A stretch of 64,000 nt of DNA from an uncultured delta proteobacterium (GCA_963841435.1 CAWJCS010000004.1:704001-768000), one strand, 5' to 3'. Shown: positions 10,299 through 20,592, counted from the stretch's first letter. The notes: generated by a model from the letters alone, not told the origin. Made by a program: numbers and translations.

Positions 10299-10847
10299 AT
10301 GAGCAAGCACAAGAGCGTGATTGGCATCGTCGAGAACACGGTCCAGGCAGAGCGAGCCGTGGACGCGCTGCAGAGCGAACGCTTCAACCGCAACGACATC
10401 TCGGTCCTGCTCCCCGATCGGCGCGGGACGAAGGACTTCGCGTACGAGCACAACACCAAAGCCCCCGAGGGCGCGATCGCCGGAGTGGCGGGCGGTGGGC
10501 TTTTGGGGGGAGCGCTGGGGCTGCTCGCAGGCATCGGAGCGATCGCAATCCCGGGGCTCGGCGCCTTCATCGTCGCGGGGCCGATCTTCTCCGCGCTTTC
10601 AGGCGCGGCGGCGGGCGCCACGGTCGGCGGCGTCGCCGGCGCGCTCATCGGCATCGGAATCCCCGAAATCGAAGCCAAGCGATACGAGGGCAAGGTGCGG
10701 AGCGGCAACATTCTGGTCGCCGTTCACGTGACCGACGACGTAGAGGAAAAGCTTGCCCGAGCCTTGCTGGAGCGCGAAGGCGCACACGACGTGAGCGCCG
10801 CCGGTGAGACTGCGGTCCCGCGGGGTCAAGCCGAGCGCCGCGCCTAG
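10299..10847 (+). CDS. General stress-type membrane protein with glycine-zipper segments
   Basis: DISVL, AIPGLG.FIVAGP, LIGIGIPE.EAKRYEGKVRSG.IL. Confidence 0.8.
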   Translation: MSKHKSVIGIVENTVQAERAVDALQSERFNRNDISVLLPDRRGTKDFAYEHNTKAPEGAIAGVAGGGLLGGALGLLAGIGAIAIPGLGAFIVAGPIFSALSGAAAGATVGGVAGALIGIGIPEIEAKRYEGKVRSGNILVAVHVTDDVEEKLARALLEREGAHDVSAAGETAVPRGQAERRA

Positions 10848-11156
10848 TGCAGCGCACGTGAGATACGGTTAACTTTCGGAACGGGGCTGCACCGGGCGGA
10901 CGCGAAGCGGACGCGGGGTCTGGAGGGAATGCCCCAGCGAAAAGCCAGTGCTGGCGCCTCGATTCGACCCGGGTCCCGAACTCGACGTGCATGGTGTCTC
11001 GCGGGCCGCCGTCGCTGCCGAGCCAGTAGAAGCCGTAGCGCTCGAATGCCGACCCCCAGCGGCGGGATCGGCGTACGTTCGAAGATCGTTTCGACGCGGC
11101 CGCGGCACGTCGTGGAAGGCGTTGTTCTTGCGAAAGCCCGTTCCCGTTTCGGGTGA

Positions 11157-12110
11157 CTAGTACCGACTACCGGATACGCCTCGGCTGATCAGAGACTCGA
11201 GAGCGTCCAAATGTTCCGCGCGCAGGGTGACGTTCTGTGACGCCCAGTTTTCCTCCAGGCGCTCCGTCCTCCGCGTACCTGGGATTGCCGCAAGGGGGAC
11301 GTCGCGCGACAGCACCCATGCGAGGGCGACTTGAGCTGCCGTGGCGCCCATGTCTTTCGCGATTTCAGCGACGACAGCGGCAAGCTCGCTGTTCTTGGCG
11401 ATGGCTTCGTCGGTGAAGCGTGGGTTTTGCAGTCTCCAGTCGCCGGGTTGTAGGTCGCTGCGCGAGCGGACGGCGCCGGAGAGGAATCCTCGGCCGAGGG
11501 GGCTGTAGGCGACGAATCCGATGTCGAGGCGTCGAAGGGTGGGGAGGATGGTGGCCTCAACGTCTCGCGACCAGAGGGAGTACTCGGTTTGGAGCGCGCT
11601 TATCGGATGGACTTCGTGCGCGCGCGCGATGGTCTCGGGGTCTGCCTCACTGAGGCCGATGTAGCGCACTTTGCCCGCCTTCACGAGCTCAGCCATGGCG
11701 CCGACCGTTTCCTCGATCGGCGTTTTGGGGTCCACGCGGTGCTGATAGTAAAGGTCGATGTAGTCCGTCCTGAGCCGCTTCAAGGAGGCGTCGCAGCAAG
11801 CCTTAACGTAGTCGGCACTCCCCTTCACACCTTGAAAGCTACCGTCTTCACCGCGACGAACGCCGAATTTGGTCGCCAGGGTGATTTGGCCGCGACGCCC
11901 TTCGAGTGCCTTCGACAACAAGATTTCGTTCGTGAATGGACCATACATGTCCGAAGTGTCCCAGAACGTGCACCCGATCGCCGCGGCTCGCTCGAGAACG
12001 CGAAGATTCTGAGCTTCCGAAGAGGAACCGTAAAAGTCCGACATCCCCATGCAACCCAAACCGATTGCAGGCACACGAAGGCCCTGTGAACCAAGCTTGA
12101 CCTGTTTCAT
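11157..12110 (-). CDS. Aldo/keto reductase
   Basis: GLGCMGMS, DTSDMYG, LATKFG, IDLYYQHRVDP, AYSPLGRG, IPGT. Confidence 0.93.
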   Translation of the reverse strand: MKQVKLGSQGLRVPAIGLGCMGMSDFYGSSSEAQNLRVLERAAAIGCTFWDTSDMYGPFTNEILLSKALEGRRGQITLATKFGVRRGEDGSFQGVKGSADYVKACCDASLKRLRTDYIDLYYQHRVDPKTPIEETVGAMAELVKAGKVRYIGLSEADPETIARAHEVHPISALQTEYSLWSRDVEATILPTLRRLDIGFVAYSPLGRGFLSGAVRSRSDLQPGDWRLQNPRFTDEAIAKNSELAAVVAEIAKDMGATAAQVALAWVLSRDVPLAAIPGTRRTERLEENWASQNVTLRAEHLDALESLISRGVSGSRY

Positions 12111-12345
12111 GACTCTTATGCGATACCCCCCGCACGGCCGCGGTGCATAACTGCTTGCCCAATCCTTACACACACGGGGAGGCGCGCTCCGTCCCCCCCA
12201 GGCTGGTCCAGGATATCGCTCGAGGCCGACCCCGTGTACCTGGAAGGACTCATCGAGCAGGCTTCCCGGGACGGGCGAGGCGGCCTCCACCCTGGGCTCC
12301 GCCCGTTCGCCATCTCGCGTGAGGGGGTAACCCTCGCTGAACGGT

Positions 12346-12651
12346 GTGCTGGCCACGGTGCCCACCACGGGCGGCACACCGACCGTGCTCGGCTCGGGCA
12401 CCGGGACCGACTGGACTCCCGGTGTGCACGGCGACGGCTTCGGCACACGGAGCCTTGCAGTCGGTGCCGGCCTGGTCTTCTGGACCAACCTCGGCTCCGG
12501 CAAGGTGATGTCCTTGCCGCTCACGGGCGGCGACGCCGTCACGATCGTTTCTTCGCTCACCAACCCCCACGCGCTCGCGGTCAACGCCGACAACCTCTAC
12601 TTCACGCAGGAAACGGGCGGCGTCTGGCGTGTGGCGAAGCACGCACGCTGA
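12346..12651 (+). pseudogene. C-terminal fragment of a beta-propeller-repeat surface protein
   Basis: LAV...VFWTN...VM..P..GG and LAV.ADNLYF repeats; in-frame TAA at 12328, no signal peptide. Confidence 0.5.
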
Positions 12652-12711
12652 GCGCGGCCCGAGCTCGGCGAGCGGGTGAGGGCCCCGGCAAGCGAGCCGT
12701 GCGCCAGCGCG

Positions 12712-12934
12712 GGCGAGGCGGTTCTCAGGTGAGCCGCAGTCCGTGGCGCTTCGCGTACTCGACGAGACCGAGCTTGTCGATGCTCCGGAGATCGCTCGTC
12801 GTCACCTTGAGGGCGACGTGGCGGCCGAGCTCGGGGACCCAGAGCCGACGCTCCTGCACGTTGACGTGCTGCCAGCGCATGGTCTTGATGTTCGAGTGCG
12901 AAACGTTGCGCGCGTGGAGCTTGCGCTTGCCGGT
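12712..12934. repeat. 223-bp direct repeat, copy 2
   Basis: See 1215..1437. Confidence 0.92.
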
Positions 12935-12952
12935 GATCTGGCTTTTTGCCAT
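12725..12952 (-). CDS. rpmB: 50S ribosomal protein L28 (Cys-free)
   Basis: ITGKRK..ARNVSHSNIKT.R...NVQ..R.WVPE...LRSIDKLGL. Confidence 0.93.
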   Translation of the reverse strand: MAKSQITGKRKLHARNVSHSNIKTMRWQHVNVQERRLWVPELGRHVALKVTTSDLRSIDKLGLVEYAKRHGLRLT

Positions 12953-13061
12953 GACGGGGCGCGGACCCTAGCGCCTTTCCCCGACACGTTCAAATCGCGG
13001 GGCGAAACGGCCCGGGCTGGGCGACATTTCATCGTCTTTTCGTGTAGATCGGGTCGCTACC

Positions 13062-16031
13062 TCAGCGGGCCTCGTCGCGCAGCTGGAGCGTCATGCGGGC
13101 CGCGAAGCTGCGGGGAGCGTTGGGGGCACCGGTCGGCTCCGTGTCGAAGCCTACGTCGCTGCGCAGCGACCCGAAGCGCGAAAGCAAGAGCGCCAGTGGC
13201 GAGCCAGAGACGGGCGTTTCCGGGTAGACGGGGGCGTAGGCGGTGCCCCGCGCGGGATCGAGCGTGCCCTCGCGGCTCGCTCGGTAGAGCGCCCCGTCGG
13301 GCGTGAGAGGCACGAAGCCGAGCGTCGCTCTTGCGGCCGCGCGGAAGGCGTCGTCGCCCGCGCGCGCGGGCGGATCACCGCGAAGCACGGCGTCTGCGGC
13401 GTTCCGTCCGCGTTCCGCGGACTGGACGCGCTCGGCAGCCAGCAACCAGCCGAGGGCCGTCGCGAGCGGACCGCCCGGGCTCGCGCCAAGCTCCATCACG
13501 AGCTGCCCGTGTTGGGCCGGGTCCTTCGCCGAGACGGCGCGCGGGGTGCGCCCCTCGAGCTGCTCGTCGATCAGGCGGTCGAGCACGGGGCGCGAGAGCG
13601 AGAAGACGAGCGCTTGCGGGCACAGCGCGTAAAAGAGGGACGCGCCTTTTTCCACCATGCCGCCGGGCGCTGCCGAGATCTCCTTCACCGTGATGCCCCG
13701 GTGCTTGCCCACCTGCTGGAACTGGAAAACGTCGGGCGCCGCGTCGCCCGCGAGCTTTTGAAGGTGGCCGAGGGCGATGCCGGCGCCCACGCGGTTTCTC
13801 ACGGCGAGCACGGCATAGGCGGGCAGGCGGAGCAGCCCTTCGAACCCGTCGCTGACGCGTTCCTCGTTTGGCGGCTCGAGCGCGGGACCCACGAACGGCG
13901 CGGCGACGCTCGTCAGCTCCGCGCGATCGGCCACGCCGACCATGACCCAGTCGCCGACCCAGTCGAGCGCGAAGCGGTACCCGCCGAACGAGAGCGCGCG
14001 CGTGAGCTCTTGGCGCAGGCTCGCTTCTTTGCCGAGCCCGAGCGTCATGCGAAAGCCTGCACCGGAATCGGGGGCGGCGACGCGCGCGCGCCCCACGGTG
14101 CCGGAGACCAGCTCGCGCTCGAGGCTCGGCTCGAGCGGCAATGCGCGCAGCGCGAACGAATAGCGGCCCGGGTGCTCCTTCGAACGCGCGACGCGCAGCG
14201 CCGCGGGGTCGACGTAGCTCGACCAGTTGGCCGCATACGCGAACGCGAAACGCTCGTAGGCGAGCTTCTCGTCGGGCGTCACCTTCACGACTGCCGGCAG
14301 ATCGATGAGCGGCTCGAGCGCATCGAGCGAGCCGTAGGCCGAGCGTGGCGCTGCGCCGGGCACGTAGAAAATGGGGCCACCGTCGAAATGGCGGAGCTCG
14401 TCGCGCGTCAGCACGCCGGATGCGACGAGCTCCTTTTCGTCGGTGGGGCGACGCCCGTTGAGCCAACCAAAGAGCAGCGACGCCACACCCGGTGCCGTGA
14501 GCTCGCCGAGCGCAAGCTCGCGGCGTGCGGCGGCGATCTTCTGCGCTGGCCCGACGACGGACAGGATGAAACGATCACCGAAGAAGGCCAGCGATTCGTC
14601 GGGTGCGTCGGCGTCACGTGCCAGCAAGAAAGAAAGATCGGGCTCGTCGGAGAGCTTCGGCGCGCGACCGAGCGCGGCGTCGATCACGCGTCGGATCGCC
14701 GTGGGGCTGTTCGAGACGAGCTCGAGCCCCGCGACGCTGGCCTGCCGGCGTCGCACGCGGCCGTCCGCCGAACGCGTGGTGGTGACGACGACCCCCGCGT
14801 ACGTTTCTTCCGACGAGGTGACGCCGGGGTGCACGGCGCCGTGCTTCGCGAGGGCCTTCGCGAGCGCCGCCTCGAAGAGCGGCGCCGATTTGACGGCGAA
14901 GAGCAGCGTCACGTCGCTTCCCTCGTGAACGTACGGGTCGCTCCCGGCCACGGCCACGCTGTCTATCGCGCTCGGGCCCAGCACCCGCGCCAGCTCCGTG
15001 CGTTCGAGACCGAGCTCGGTGAGGTAGCGGGCGGTCGTGCCCCAATCGATGCTGCTGCCGTCGAGTGCGTCGGCGGCCGGCTGGCCCCAGCGATCGAAAA
15101 AATCGAGCACGTCGAGGAACGCATCCAGCGTTCGTGAGCGGAAGTACCAGAAGTCGGCCGGCACCGCGCGAGCGAGCGGCTCGTCCGGAGCGGACCGCCC
15201 GAGCCCGGCGAGCATGGTGCGGTAGTCGAGGCGCGGTACGGCTGGCGGCGCCACACTCGCGATGGGCACGCGCCGGCCCTTGGCACTCGCGGCAAGCGCG
15301 AGCCGGCGGTCCTGCATCAGGGCGTGCTGCAGGGCGGCGCGACCCGTCGTCGTCGCCATCAGCTCGGCGAGCGCATCGGGTCCGCTCGACGAGAGCGCCT
15401 CGGTGTGCGCGCGCGCGGAGCCGGGTTTTGCCTTGCTGCTCGCCATTTCGTGCAGCCGCCGTGCGGCGAACGCGGCGAAGGGGCTCGTGCTCGTGTCGCG
15501 CCACGTGAACGTCTGCGCGAGTGCCTCGAGAAACTCCGCGTCGAGCGCGGCCGACGGTTTCGGTAGCGCGCCACGCTGGCTCAACCGGACCTCGCGTCCC
15601 GGTGCTCCGCCCGCCGCGAGAAACAGCGATCCTGTGACGGGCTCGGAGGAGGTGGCGAGGGGCCGTCGCACCCACAGCGTGGGCGTGTTCCCCTGCTTTG
15701 CCACGAACGCGAGCGTTGCGCCGTCGACGACGGCGACCGAGTCGCCAAAGGCGCTGCCACCGACGGGCTGCAGCGAGACCGCGAGGATTTCCGTGTCGCG
15801 CGTCACGCTGCGTCGCACGACCTCGACGCTTTCGTCGAGCGGCGGGAGCGGTGAGAGCGTGCCCGTGCGCAAGCGCGCGAGCGGTGGCTCGGGGGTGAGC
15901 GCCTCGGCCGGCGCTCTTTTCGCGTGAGGCGGCGCTGCGGAGCGGGCAGGCTTTTCCGCTTTCGGCGTGCAGGCACCGGCGAGGACCGCGAATGCGGCGA
16001 CCCCGCGCATCCACGAAGTGAAGGCAGACAT
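13062..16031 (-). CDS. Large hypothetical lipoprotein (~990 aa)
   Basis: Lipobox LAGAC; long GC3-rich ORF; TACCAT box 6 nt before ATG. Confidence 0.75.
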   Translation of the reverse strand: MSAFTSWMRGVAAFAVLAGACTPKAEKPARSAAPPHAKRAPAEALTPEPPLARLRTGTLSPLPPLDESVEVVRRSVTRDTEILAVSLQPVGGSAFGDSVAVVDGATLAFVAKQGNTPTLWVRRPLATSSEPVTGSLFLAAGGAPGREVRLSQRGALPKPSAALDAEFLEALAQTFTWRDTSTSPFAAFAARRLHEMASSKAKPGSARAHTEALSSSGPDALAELMATTTGRAALQHALMQDRRLALAASAKGRRVPIASVAPPAVPRLDYRTMLAGLGRSAPDEPLARAVPADFWYFRSRTLDAFLDVLDFFDRWGQPAADALDGSSIDWGTTARYLTELGLERTELARVLGPSAIDSVAVAGSDPYVHEGSDVTLLFAVKSAPLFEAALAKALAKHGAVHPGVTSSEETYAGVVVTTTRSADGRVRRRQASVAGLELVSNSPTAIRRVIDAALGRAPKLSDEPDLSFLLARDADAPDESLAFFGDRFILSVVGPAQKIAAARRELALGELTAPGVASLLFGWLNGRRPTDEKELVASGVLTRDELRHFDGGPIFYVPGAAPRSAYGSLDALEPLIDLPAVVKVTPDEKLAYERFAFAYAANWSSYVDPAALRVARSKEHPGRYSFALRALPLEPSLERELVSGTVGRARVAAPDSGAGFRMTLGLGKEASLRQELTRALSFGGYRFALDWVGDWVMVGVADRAELTSVAAPFVGPALEPPNEERVSDGFEGLLRLPAYAVLAVRNRVGAGIALGHLQKLAGDAAPDVFQFQQVGKHRGITVKEISAAPGGMVEKGASLFYALCPQALVFSLSRPVLDRLIDEQLEGRTPRAVSAKDPAQHGQLVMELGASPGGPLATALGWLLAAERVQSAERGRNAADAVLRGDPPARAGDDAFRAAARATLGFVPLTPDGALYRASREGTLDPARGTAYAPVYPETPVSGSPLALLLSRFGSLRSDVGFDTEPTGAPNAPRSFAARMTLQLRDEAR

Positions 16032-16239
16032 GCTGCGATGGTACCGGACCTTCGGCACAATCCCTTCGCCGAGGCGTGTCCCCGGGCTCCGGCGCAGTGG
16101 CACTCCGAACCGAACGGGGCGTTTCCCCGTCGGTTTCGGGTGGTGAGGTGGCACTCAGGGGCCGGCCCAACGACCAACCGCGTCGCCTGTGGCCGTCGCT
16201 TGGCGACGGGCAGCAGGACGTCCTAGGGTCCGCTCGCGC

Positions 16240-16917
16240 ATGTCGGAGACAACGGCTCCGTCGGGCGGTCTCGGGCGGCAACCGCTCCACTTCCGCTTGC
16301 TCGCGGCCTACGGCGGCATCGTGGTCGTGTTTCTCACCGGCGTGCAGCGCGTGCTCGGGGGGATCCCGAAGCAGCTCGTCGAGCTGGGGCTCGCGGGGCT
16401 CCTGCTCGGGGCGTTCGCGACGCACCCGGCCGTCGCGATGATGCGAGCCCGCGTGGGCCGCGTGGCGGCGGTCCTGGCGCTCGCTTGGCCCGCCGCCGTG
16501 CTGCTCGTCAACGCGGCGCACCCGCGCACGATGCTGCTCTTCCCCCTCCACAAATGGCACATGTTCAGCGCGCCCATGGGGCACGCGCGCGATCCCGAGC
16601 AGCTTCGTTACTTCGCGCACTACGCCGACGGCAGCTCCGGGCGCGTCATGCCGGGCGCCGGCGTTTCCGACGTCGTCGCGTCGGGGCTCGACGCCGAGCT
16701 CAGGGAGCTCTTCGCGTCGCTCGAGAAGCACCCCGGAGATGCCACGCTCCGTGGCCGGGCCACCGCCGCCCTGCGCGGCGTCGCGGCCATGGAGGCAGCC
16801 GGCGGCGAACGGGGGACCATCACGGGCTTCGACGTCGAACGTTGCGTCTTACCTGTCCGAGCGCCGTACGGCGAGCACTGCGTCGAGGTCGGCGACTTCC
16901 CGAGGCTTTCGCCGTGA
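16240..16917 (+). CDS. Membrane protein with W-x-MFS-A-P motif (HTTM-partner/SdpA-like)
   Basis: N-terminal TMs, FPLHKWHMFSAP; GTGA overlap with next gene. Confidence 0.55.
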   Translation: MSETTAPSGGLGRQPLHFRLLAAYGGIVVVFLTGVQRVLGGIPKQLVELGLAGLLLGAFATHPAVAMMRARVGRVAAVLALAWPAAVLLVNAAHPRTMLLFPLHKWHMFSAPMGHARDPEQLRYFAHYADGSSGRVMPGAGVSDVVASGLDAELRELFASLEKHPGDATLRGRATAALRGVAAMEAAGGERGTITGFDVERCVLPVRAPYGEHCVEVGDFPRLSP

Positions 16918-17789
16918 TTCACGAACACGTGAGCCCGAAGAAGCTCGCGCTCGTGCGCATCGTATTGTTCTCGGCGCTCGCGGGCTACGCGCTCAGCGTA
17001 CCGGGGGAACGGCTGTCGTTGTTGCCGCCCGGCGTGCACGAGGGGGTGGGTCTCACGGCGTTTTTCCCTGCCTTGCTCGACGGGCGCGTGATGCTCGGCC
17101 TGCGCGCCGTGGCGGCGCTGCTGCTCGGGGCGGCCGCCGCCGGTGTGCGCCCGTTTCGGCCCATCGCGTGCCTCGGAATGCTGCTTTTCACCGTTTTCGT
17201 CGCGCTGCTTCACCCCGGGCATCGCGAAGCCGGAGCGCTCTACCTGGGCTATGCGCTCGCGCTCGGACCGTCGGCGGAGGCGCTTTCGGTTGGTGGCTTC
17301 AGCGCGGCGAAGCGTCCGGCTCCGCCCGAGCTTTTCTCGCTCACGCTCGTCGTGGCATCGTTCGTGTTCCTGCTCACCTACGCGATGACCGGCGTGCAGC
17401 GCCTGCTCGACGGGTCGCCCGAGGCGTTCTTCGACCACAGCATGGTCTGGCACATTGCGAGCAACAGTGAGCGCAACGGCAGCTTCGGTTTCTCGTACGG
17501 GTTTGCCTTCCTTCGCAGCGTGCCCGGCGCCAGGGTGCTGCTCGACGCCGGATTCTTGCTTTCGACCTACCTCGAAGCGCTGGCGCCCTTTGCACTATTC
17601 TGGACGAATTTCCGAAGGGTTTTCGTGCTGTTCGCGCTCGGATTTCATCTATCGAATCTGCTGCTCATGAACATCGAGTTCGGTTTGAGCATGCTCGTGG
17701 CCCTCCTTTTGCTCGTCGCGTGGGAAGCACCGGGCGAGCGCGCGGCCCCTCTCGTCGTCAGCGAGCGCACGAGCCGACGGGTCGCGTGA
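16914..17789 (+). CDS. HTTM-domain-like membrane protein
   Basis: LEALAPFALF...RRVFVLFALGFHLSNLLLMNIEF. Confidence 0.65.
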   Translation: MIHEHVSPKKLALVRIVLFSALAGYALSVPGERLSLLPPGVHEGVGLTAFFPALLDGRVMLGLRAVAALLLGAAAAGVRPFRPIACLGMLLFTVFVALLHPGHREAGALYLGYALALGPSAEALSVGGFSAAKRPAPPELFSLTLVVASFVFLLTYAMTGVQRLLDGSPEAFFDHSMVWHIASNSERNGSFGFSYGFAFLRSVPGARVLLDAGFLLSTYLEALAPFALFWTNFRRVFVLFALGFHLSNLLLMNIEFGLSMLVALLLLVAWEAPGERAAPLVVSERTSRRVA

Positions 17790-17814
17790 GCCGGGCGCAG
17801 TCTCGAAGTCGTGG

Positions 17815-19561
17815 TTAGCTCGCGGGTCCGGTCGTGGGCGCTTTCGCTGCCCGTAGCACGACGAACCTCGCGTTCGCGTAGACCGTGGGGTACGCGGCGA
17901 GGGCCGCTTCGTGACCCCGCCGCACGACGACGTAGTCGAATCCGTAGCGGCGGCGCAGGCGCTCCAGGCGCTCGGCGTCGAGCGAATCGTAGCCTGCGAG
18001 CTCTTCCATCGTTCGCAGGTTCGGGCGACCCGAGACGTCACGCAGGCGGCCGAGCCAATCGATGAGCTCGCTGGGAATCGCTGGCACTCCCTTCCAGTTG
18101 ACCACGATGGCGCGCTCGGAAAGAAGCCTGAACGCTTCCATGTCTGGCGGCGTGAGGAACAAGGCGGAACGCGGCGTTTGCGTTCGCATCCAATCGTAGA
18201 GCGCCCACTCGTCTTTGGGCTTCGGCAGGAGCAGCGTGGAGTGGATGGGCATGCGCAGCACCGGGCCCGCGCCGAAAAGGACGAGCAACGCGACGCCTGC
18301 GAGCACGAGGTTCGTCGTCGAGCGGCCGCGACCCCGTGAGAGCAGGCGCTCGAGCCGAGCTGGAAGCTTGACGGAGCCTCCTAGCCCGACGAAGCCCGCA
18401 ACGACGACGGCCGCGGTCCCGAGCGCGAGCAGCTCTAGCGCGGCGGTATGGCGTTGTAGGGCGTAGCCGGTCGTGAGCACGCCGACACCGAGCACGGCGA
18501 GCCAGCGCGGTAAGGTTCCGAAGGCGTGCGAGTGATCCGGCTCGGCGACGAGGCGCAAGCCGACGGCAACCGTGGCGGCTTGCAGCAGCACGAGGGCGTG
18601 GGGCAAGACTCGCCACACGAACAAGAGCGCGAATCGGTCACGCAGCGCCATGGCGATGAGGCCCCCCCAAATGACGACGGCGAAGCCGACGCTCAGCGAA
18701 AGGGTGCGCTTGGACGGCGGATCCCCACGCAGCGCCGCCGGCCAGAGCGCGGCGAGCCCCACGAGCTCCCAGCCGACGAAGGGAAGGAACAGAGGTCCAC
18801 TGCCGGCCCAGCATGAAGTGGTGAGCGTTGCGCGCGTGCGTGAAGACCCAGTTCGCGACGTCCGCCCCCGCCGGGGCCTGGTTGGCGCGCAGCATCATGG
18901 GCAGGAAGCCGGCGCCCACGACGGCGGGTAGCGCGAGCTGTGCGGCGAGCCGGCGCGCGAGCCCCGCACGCCCCAAGAACAGGTGAGCGAGCCCGAACGC
19001 GCCCATACCGAGCACGAGGAGGTTCAGGTGAAATAGCCCGGCGAGCCCGAGTAGCATTCCCGAAAGCAGGTAGCGGCCCTGAACGAAGGGCGCGAACGCA
19101 AGCACGAGAAACAGCGAGCTTACGCCCGACGGCTGGAAGACCCCGTCGAAGACGTAGGTCGTGCCGGGGCCGCGCCAGCGCGTCACGAAACCGATGGTCG
19201 TGAGCACGAGGTACGTCGCGAGCGCGAGCCGCGGACCGGCGAGCACTCGCGCGAGCGCGTACAGGCCAGCCGCCGCGGCCGCGATCGTAAGCGTCTGGGC
19301 GATGCCGAAGGCCCAGCCGTTCGGAGATAGCGAAAGCAGGAGCTCACCTAGGTACCCGTAGGCGGGGTGGTACTGTGTCGTCTCCGTCACGTACCAATCA
19401 CGAGCCAAAAGGCTCGGATCGGAGAAGTGCAGCGAGAGCGGGAGGTAGCAGGTATGGCCGCCGATCGCCCAGTTCCAGCCGAAGCTCGCGCCGAGGCCGA
19501 GCGCGGTCACGGCAACGAGCAGGGCCTCGAGCCAGGGCGCGATGCGGTGCGCGGCATTCAC
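17815..19561 (-). pseudogene. Polytopic membrane protein (possible GT-C-like) split by a frameshift near 18790-18800
   Basis: ORFs 18638..19567 and 17815..18762 join into one hydrophobic protein (DP.LLARDWY ... WMRTQTP...FL.PP...FR..SERA.VV.WK). Confidence 0.6.
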
Positions 19562-19720
19562 GCGCACATCCTATCCGTGGTGGCTCGCCCTGCGAAGGTC
19601 AGCGGTCGAAAAGCCGGCGGCGCTGCGATCAGCGGTTGCCGAACGGTTGGGGCGTGAGCGACATGAGGTACGAATAGAGCGCTGTCATTTCGATGATCGG
19701 CCCCGGGCGGTCAGCGGCCG

Positions 19721-20491
19721 TCAGCGCAGCGACAACGCCCCGAGCTCTCGCACCAGGCTCCGGCAAAAAGCACGCAGCGCCGAAAACTCCTTGGGGCGTT
19801 GGGCGAGGGTCTTCTCGTCCATGTAAAGGCGCCTGGCGAGCTCTATTTGGATCGCGTGGCAGCCTGCCCGCGGGCGGCCGTAGCAGAAGGTGCTGTACCC
19901 CCCGCGGTACGGCTCGTCGTGCCTGAGCTCGTGGCCCGCCTCGCGGCAAAGTGCCTCGACGCGCGCGATCACCGCGGGCCCCGCCGTGCTCTTGCCTCGG
20001 GTCCCGGGCACGATATCGGCCCGCTCGACGCCGGCGTCATCATGGCCGTCGCGGCCGCGGCTCGGCATGGAGTGGGCGCAGAGCAAAAGGGCGAAGCCGT
20101 GGCGCGCGCGCCGCTCCTCGAGCAAGCCGGCGAGCGTCTCGTGATAGGGGCGGTGGTAGGTGGCGACGCGCCGCTCGTACTCGGCGCGTGGCAGCGGGCC
20201 GAGCAGCGCGGGGCGCCCTTCCGTCGTCGTGCGCCAGATGAAGCCGTGGGGTGACGAACGCGCGGCGCCGCCTTCCGCCGCCTGGGGGTCGACGTCGTCG
20301 ACGGCCCGGTTCAGATCGCAAACGTAGCGGCTATAGTTCGCGACGAGCAGCGCCGCGCCCTCGTCGGGAGCATCGGCATAGAGCTCGTCAACGTAGAGGT
20401 CGGCGTCCGAGCCGAGCGACCGCCCGGATGCCGCGAGGGAGCCGAGCGAGACGGGATCGAGGCCGAGTCCGGCATGCGGCACCTCCACCAC
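19721..20491 (-). CDS. N-formylglutamate amidohydrolase family
   Basis: VEVPHAG, D.YVDELY, SRYVCDLNR, HSM, PYRGGY, HAIQIELAR.LYMDE; start may be CTG 20539. Confidence 0.88.
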   Translation of the reverse strand: MVEVPHAGLGLDPVSLGSLAASGRSLGSDADLYVDELYADAPDEGAALLVANYSRYVCDLNRAVDDVDPQAAEGGAARSSPHGFIWRTTTEGRPALLGPLPRAEYERRVATYHRPYHETLAGLLEERRARHGFALLLCAHSMPSRGRDGHDDAGVERADIVPGTRGKSTAGPAVIARVEALCREAGHELRHDEPYRGGYSTFCYGRPRAGCHAIQIELARRLYMDEKTLAQRPKEFSALRAFCRSLVRELGALSLR

Positions 20492-20592
20492 GAGCGGCGT
20501 GGGGGTGCCTCTGGGCTGGGTGAGCGTGAAGGGGAGCAGACGGCGGTGTTACCACGCCTTTTCCCGCCTGGGCAGGCTTCTCGGGCCGCTTT

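Larger units (their letters stand above)
1438..12711. mobile_element. Putative genomic island/cargo block between rpmB direct repeats; no integrase seen inside
   Basis: Flanking direct repeat of the rpmB 3' part, accessory genes, gene remnants, one gene with atypical codons. Confidence 0.55.

Noticed and set aside
10896-10943. REP-like GC hairpin (ggggtctgg...ccccag)
   Set aside because: Single imperfect copy in the window; cannot establish a repeat family.
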